From the NCBI RefSeq assembly GCF_001194135.2, contig NC_068984.1, positions 95,808,298-95,847,139 on the forward strand: a stretch of 38,842 bases of DNA, read 5' to 3'. The number at the start of each line of letters is the position of its first letter. The stretch's first letter is position 1. Shown piece after piece: positions 35,531 to 38,842 of this stretch. This DNA is from Octopus bimaculoides. Its lineage: Eukaryota. Under the pieces are notes generated by a model. It was not told where the DNA came from. It did not search any database and saw nothing but the letters and a program-made list of their open reading frames with translations. A program made the position numbers and the translations under genes.

Positions 35531-35774
35531 GGCAAAATATCAGGAAGTTAGTCAAAGATGGTTTAATTATCCGCAAACCCGTGCGTGTCCATTCCCGTGC
35601 CCGTGTCAGGAAGAACAAGATTGCTCGAAGAAAGGGAAGGCATATGGGTCCTGGTAAAAGGAAGGGTACTGCCAATGCTCGAATGCCTCAAAAAATTCTT
35701 TGGATTCGACGTCAGCGTGTGTTACGGCGACTTCTAAAGAAATACAGAGAATCTAAGAAAATAGACAAGCACTT
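35531..35774 (+). CDS. RPL19: 60S ribosomal protein L19, coding exon 3 (244 nt)
   Basis: ttgcag|GG...CACTT|gtaag. Encodes (R)[80 protein letters not shown](L). Confidence 0.97.
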
Positions 35775-36939
35775 GTAAGTTATTACTAAAGTTTAACAAT
35801 GCATGTTGCTGTGGTAAATTAATTTCACAAATTATCTCAGATTGTAGGTGATAAGATTGCTATATACAGATGTTTGGTAAAAGGTTTATATTTTCTATGT
35901 ATTGGGGGTGGATTAGCCAAACTAAAAAGAGGGCCTGGTCCTTAACAAGTTGCATCCTTGTTTGCTAAGAAAATGTTATAAGCAAATTCAAACTGCCAAT
36001 GTTGGTCAGTTGGTTGTAGGATAGGATAAAGTTGTTGGATAAAGGTTTTAAGGTTGCATCATGCTCTCCTGCCTACCTCACTTATTTTCTATGGATACAT
36101 GCCCTTCCTAGCAGTAACCACTTAATGGCATGTACTGGGTGCCACTAGCATTACTGAGGTTGTCAATCAGTTTGCAAGATGATGAACCAAGAGAAACAGG
36201 CATCTTTATGCTGGGAGATGAGGGTTGAAATATAAGAGAAGGAACCACACCAGAACAGGTTTCTCGCTGTAGAGAGACTATTAGGACTGCTCAGGAGATG
36301 GTGGATGGGATGGGGAAGGGAAAAAACTGGTGATAGGGAGTCTGCATGGCCTCTCTAGTGACAAGAAGTAAATCAAAAGATGAGAATGATTCTAATGTAA
36401 TATTGATGTATATTAACCTTTCCTTAAAATACCCTTTATGTTTTGTACATGGTATTATGAATGCTAACAAGAACTTATACATTATGTAATAATGTGCATC
36501 TATAACTATGTGTATGGAAATCCCAGAAAAATATCTTCTATATAAAATACTTTCACTTTACTCTTGTATTATGATGTATGAAAAAGAGTGTTTAGTCTGT
36601 TTTATTGCAGTTAATGAAAAAAACATTATAAATGAAAGAAAACTGGAATCTGCAAGTGGTTTTTTTGACCTTCACTAGTGTAGGCCATAAAACTGCCTGC
36701 TGTAGAGAACAGGAAATCACATGATCATATTATGTCCTCAAAGCTCCCTTGCCTGCAACACTTTTTGGGTTTGCTATAACAGTTTCTTTTAATATTCTCA
36801 ACTCTTGATTTAGTGATGAAGAGATGGAATATTTCTTTACTGTCAGCAGATTCCCTGAATTTCTTTGTTCTAGCTTTGACTGAAAGGTATTTTAACTGGG
36901 ATCAGATACTTGCTAATTCTCCAAATAAAGTCTTGAGTT

Positions 36940-37687
36940 GGATCTTTCTGATTTGGTGGGCGCCACTTTTTATTTGTTTTATTTTGTGTGTTTCTACCAA
37001 AACACTTTCAAACTTTGTGTTATTTTGTGTTATAGAATAGATAAAAATTTTTGTATTTGAAGTTATTTCATGTAAAAAAAATTGTTGTATTTCGGTAATT
37101 TCAATCAATCACTGACGCCTATTGAGGTGAAAACAATTACTGCTATGGATTGTCAAGAAAACGTGTGGTGTAATGGAATCTTTTCCTTTGAATAAAATTA
37201 GTGCCGTTTGTCAACAACAATCGGCAGTACTGTTATTTATGACATCGTTTGTGCGTTAGGGTTAGGGTTATGAGTATTTTTGCCATATTTGGTGAAAATC
37301 TGTTCAATACACCGCCACAAACCTTTTAACCAAATTTGGCAAAAATACTCCTAACCCTAACTCTAAAACCCTAATGCTAAAACCAGTACAAACGCACGAA
37401 CGATATAAATAACAGTACCGCCGATAGTTGTTGTTGACAAACAACGACACTAATTTTATTCAAGGGAAAAGATCCCATTACACCGCTAGAACATGTTTAC
37501 ATTCCACAGCAGTAATTGTTTTTACCGAAATACGACAATTTTAACACAAAATAACTTTAAAAAGATAAAATTTTCTCAATAACACTTAAGAGTAAAAGAT
37601 GTTTTATGTGACACATTCTACCAGTGTCCCAAGTTTGAAAGTGTTTCATTAAGAAAACAAGTGGCACCTGCCAAATCAGAAAGATCC
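36940..37687. mobile_element. About 750-bp imperfect foldback element with internal TTAGGG repeats, in RPL19 intron 3
   Basis: The arms pair over their length (ggatctttctgatttgg/ccaaatcagaaagatcc; aaaacaattactgct/agcagtaattgtttt; gagtatttttgcca/tggcaaaaatactc). (TTAGGG)2 at 37256-37267 and CCTAA-type repeats at 37350-37384. Confidence 0.75.
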
Positions 37688-38086
37688 CTTGAGTTAGAGA
37701 AGATGATTTTGGCTACACTGAAAAGGCAGCTATGCTAAATAGTCTTCATCTAATGATCATTAGAATAGATCATATACAGTGTCATGCAAAATACATGTAA
37801 CACTACTGTTATAAAACAATGATGCTACAATGTTTCTATTTAAATCAGTTTAATAATGATAGTTATTTTACTGACCCCCACCTCTAATATTTATTTGTTA
37901 AAACATGAAATACAGTCAACTTGATGGCAGTGAAGGGGTGAAACAGTAATCTGATTTGTGTGATGAATCCTATGTTATTTCATTGTTAGTAAATCTTAAT
38001 ATTTTCTCTCTTAAGTAATATGGTAAATGTCATTTAGATGTGTATCAATGGTTTTGAACTGAGTGAGCAATTGTATTTTCTTTCAG

Positions 38087-38197
38087 ATACCATGATCTTT
38101 ATTTGAAGTGCAAAGGTAACATCTTCAAGAATAAGCGTGTATTAATGGAATACATTCACAAGAAGAAGGCTGAGAAACAGAGAACTAAATTGCTCAG
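38087..38197 (+). CDS. RPL19: 60S ribosomal protein L19, coding exon 4 (111 nt); the gene continues beyond the window
   Basis: tttcag|ATAC...CTCAG|gtgag. Encodes (L)[36 protein letters not shown](S). No stop codon is reached, so the last exon lies downstream. Confidence 0.96.
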
Positions 38198-38691
38198 GTG
38201 AGTTTTTGTTTACTTAATATTTTCTATATCACAACTCTTACTTCATTATCTATGAGTGTCAGACCAAGTGAGATAAACATGTAATAAGAATGGTTTTTGG
38301 GTTGGCACAAGTGAAGTACTGTAATATATAAAGTTGTGTAGAGCCTATACTGCTTGACTGGGGAGAAATATTGTTCATAGATGAGGAAACTGTTTCACAT
38401 GAAGTATTTAAAAATTAATCTACAACTGATTTCCAGATGATCTTTATTATTATTGATCACTAGTAAATGTGGGATGGGAGATTCTGATGTATTGAAGAAT
38501 AAAGTCTTCAGATTTGATGGTCTTGTCTCAAGAACAGTAGAACACATTGGAAAATGTATTTCTCTACATTTCTTGAGCAATGACTGGAGTAGCTTTAAAT
38601 AGGGTTGAATTTAGTTCCTTATATAAATGGAAACAACGCTCATTATTTCATATTTTTTCCCTCAAGCTTTCTAAAATCACTAGATAAGCTC

Positions 38692-38732
<41 letters not shown>

Positions 38733-38762
38733 TATAAGATCTGGTAATTAGTCATTAATTAA

Positions 38763-38842
38763 TCATCATCATCATCGTTTAACGTCCGCTTTCCATGCTA
38801 GCATGGGTTGGACGATTTGACTGAGGACTGGTGAAACCGGAT
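38763..38842 (-). mobile_element. 3' end of the RTE-LINE family, antisense in RPL19 intron 4
   Basis: (cat)n-cgtttaacgtccgctttccatgctagcatgggttggacgatttgactgaggac is the reverse complement of the 24835-24902 tail type. Confidence 0.85.

Noticed and set aside
36812-36873. Box C/D snoRNA candidate (GTGATGA...CTGA) in RPL19 intron 3
   Set aside because: The terminal stem is only 2-3 bp and I could not match the sequence before the D box to rRNA.
37960-38062. Second C/D-like pair (GTGATGA...CTGA) near exon 4
   Set aside because: The CTGA lies about 25 nt from the 3' splice site and is better explained as the branch point. There is no terminal stem.

Overview
AT-rich eukaryotic (animal) genomic DNA from a gapped draft assembly, dense in microsatellites and transposon remnants. 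The SINE, RTE and Penelope repertoire suggests a cephalopod such as Octopus; this is inference, not a database result. Two host genes are visible. RPL19 lies on the + strand with four coding exons (31934-38197) and continues past the window end. One coding exon of a PAF-acetylhydrolase family gene (PAFAH2/PLA2G7-like) lies on the - strand (12267-12455). The rest is a nested mosaic of mobile elements: an internally deleted Gypsy LTR element, two HERO-like non-LTR fragments, CR1-, RTE- and CRE-like LINE fragments, at least four Penelope-like element (PLE) fragments, a Helitron helicase remnant, mariner and Merlin relics, SINEs and several long foldback elements. The strongest unexplained signal is a set of three divergent repeat copies (25154-25230, 25451-25527, 29762-29845). 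Their hammerhead ribozyme strands occur in an order that is not a type I, II or III circular permutation, and the helices show compensatory changes. No CRISPR array, rRNA or bona fide tRNA gene was found.
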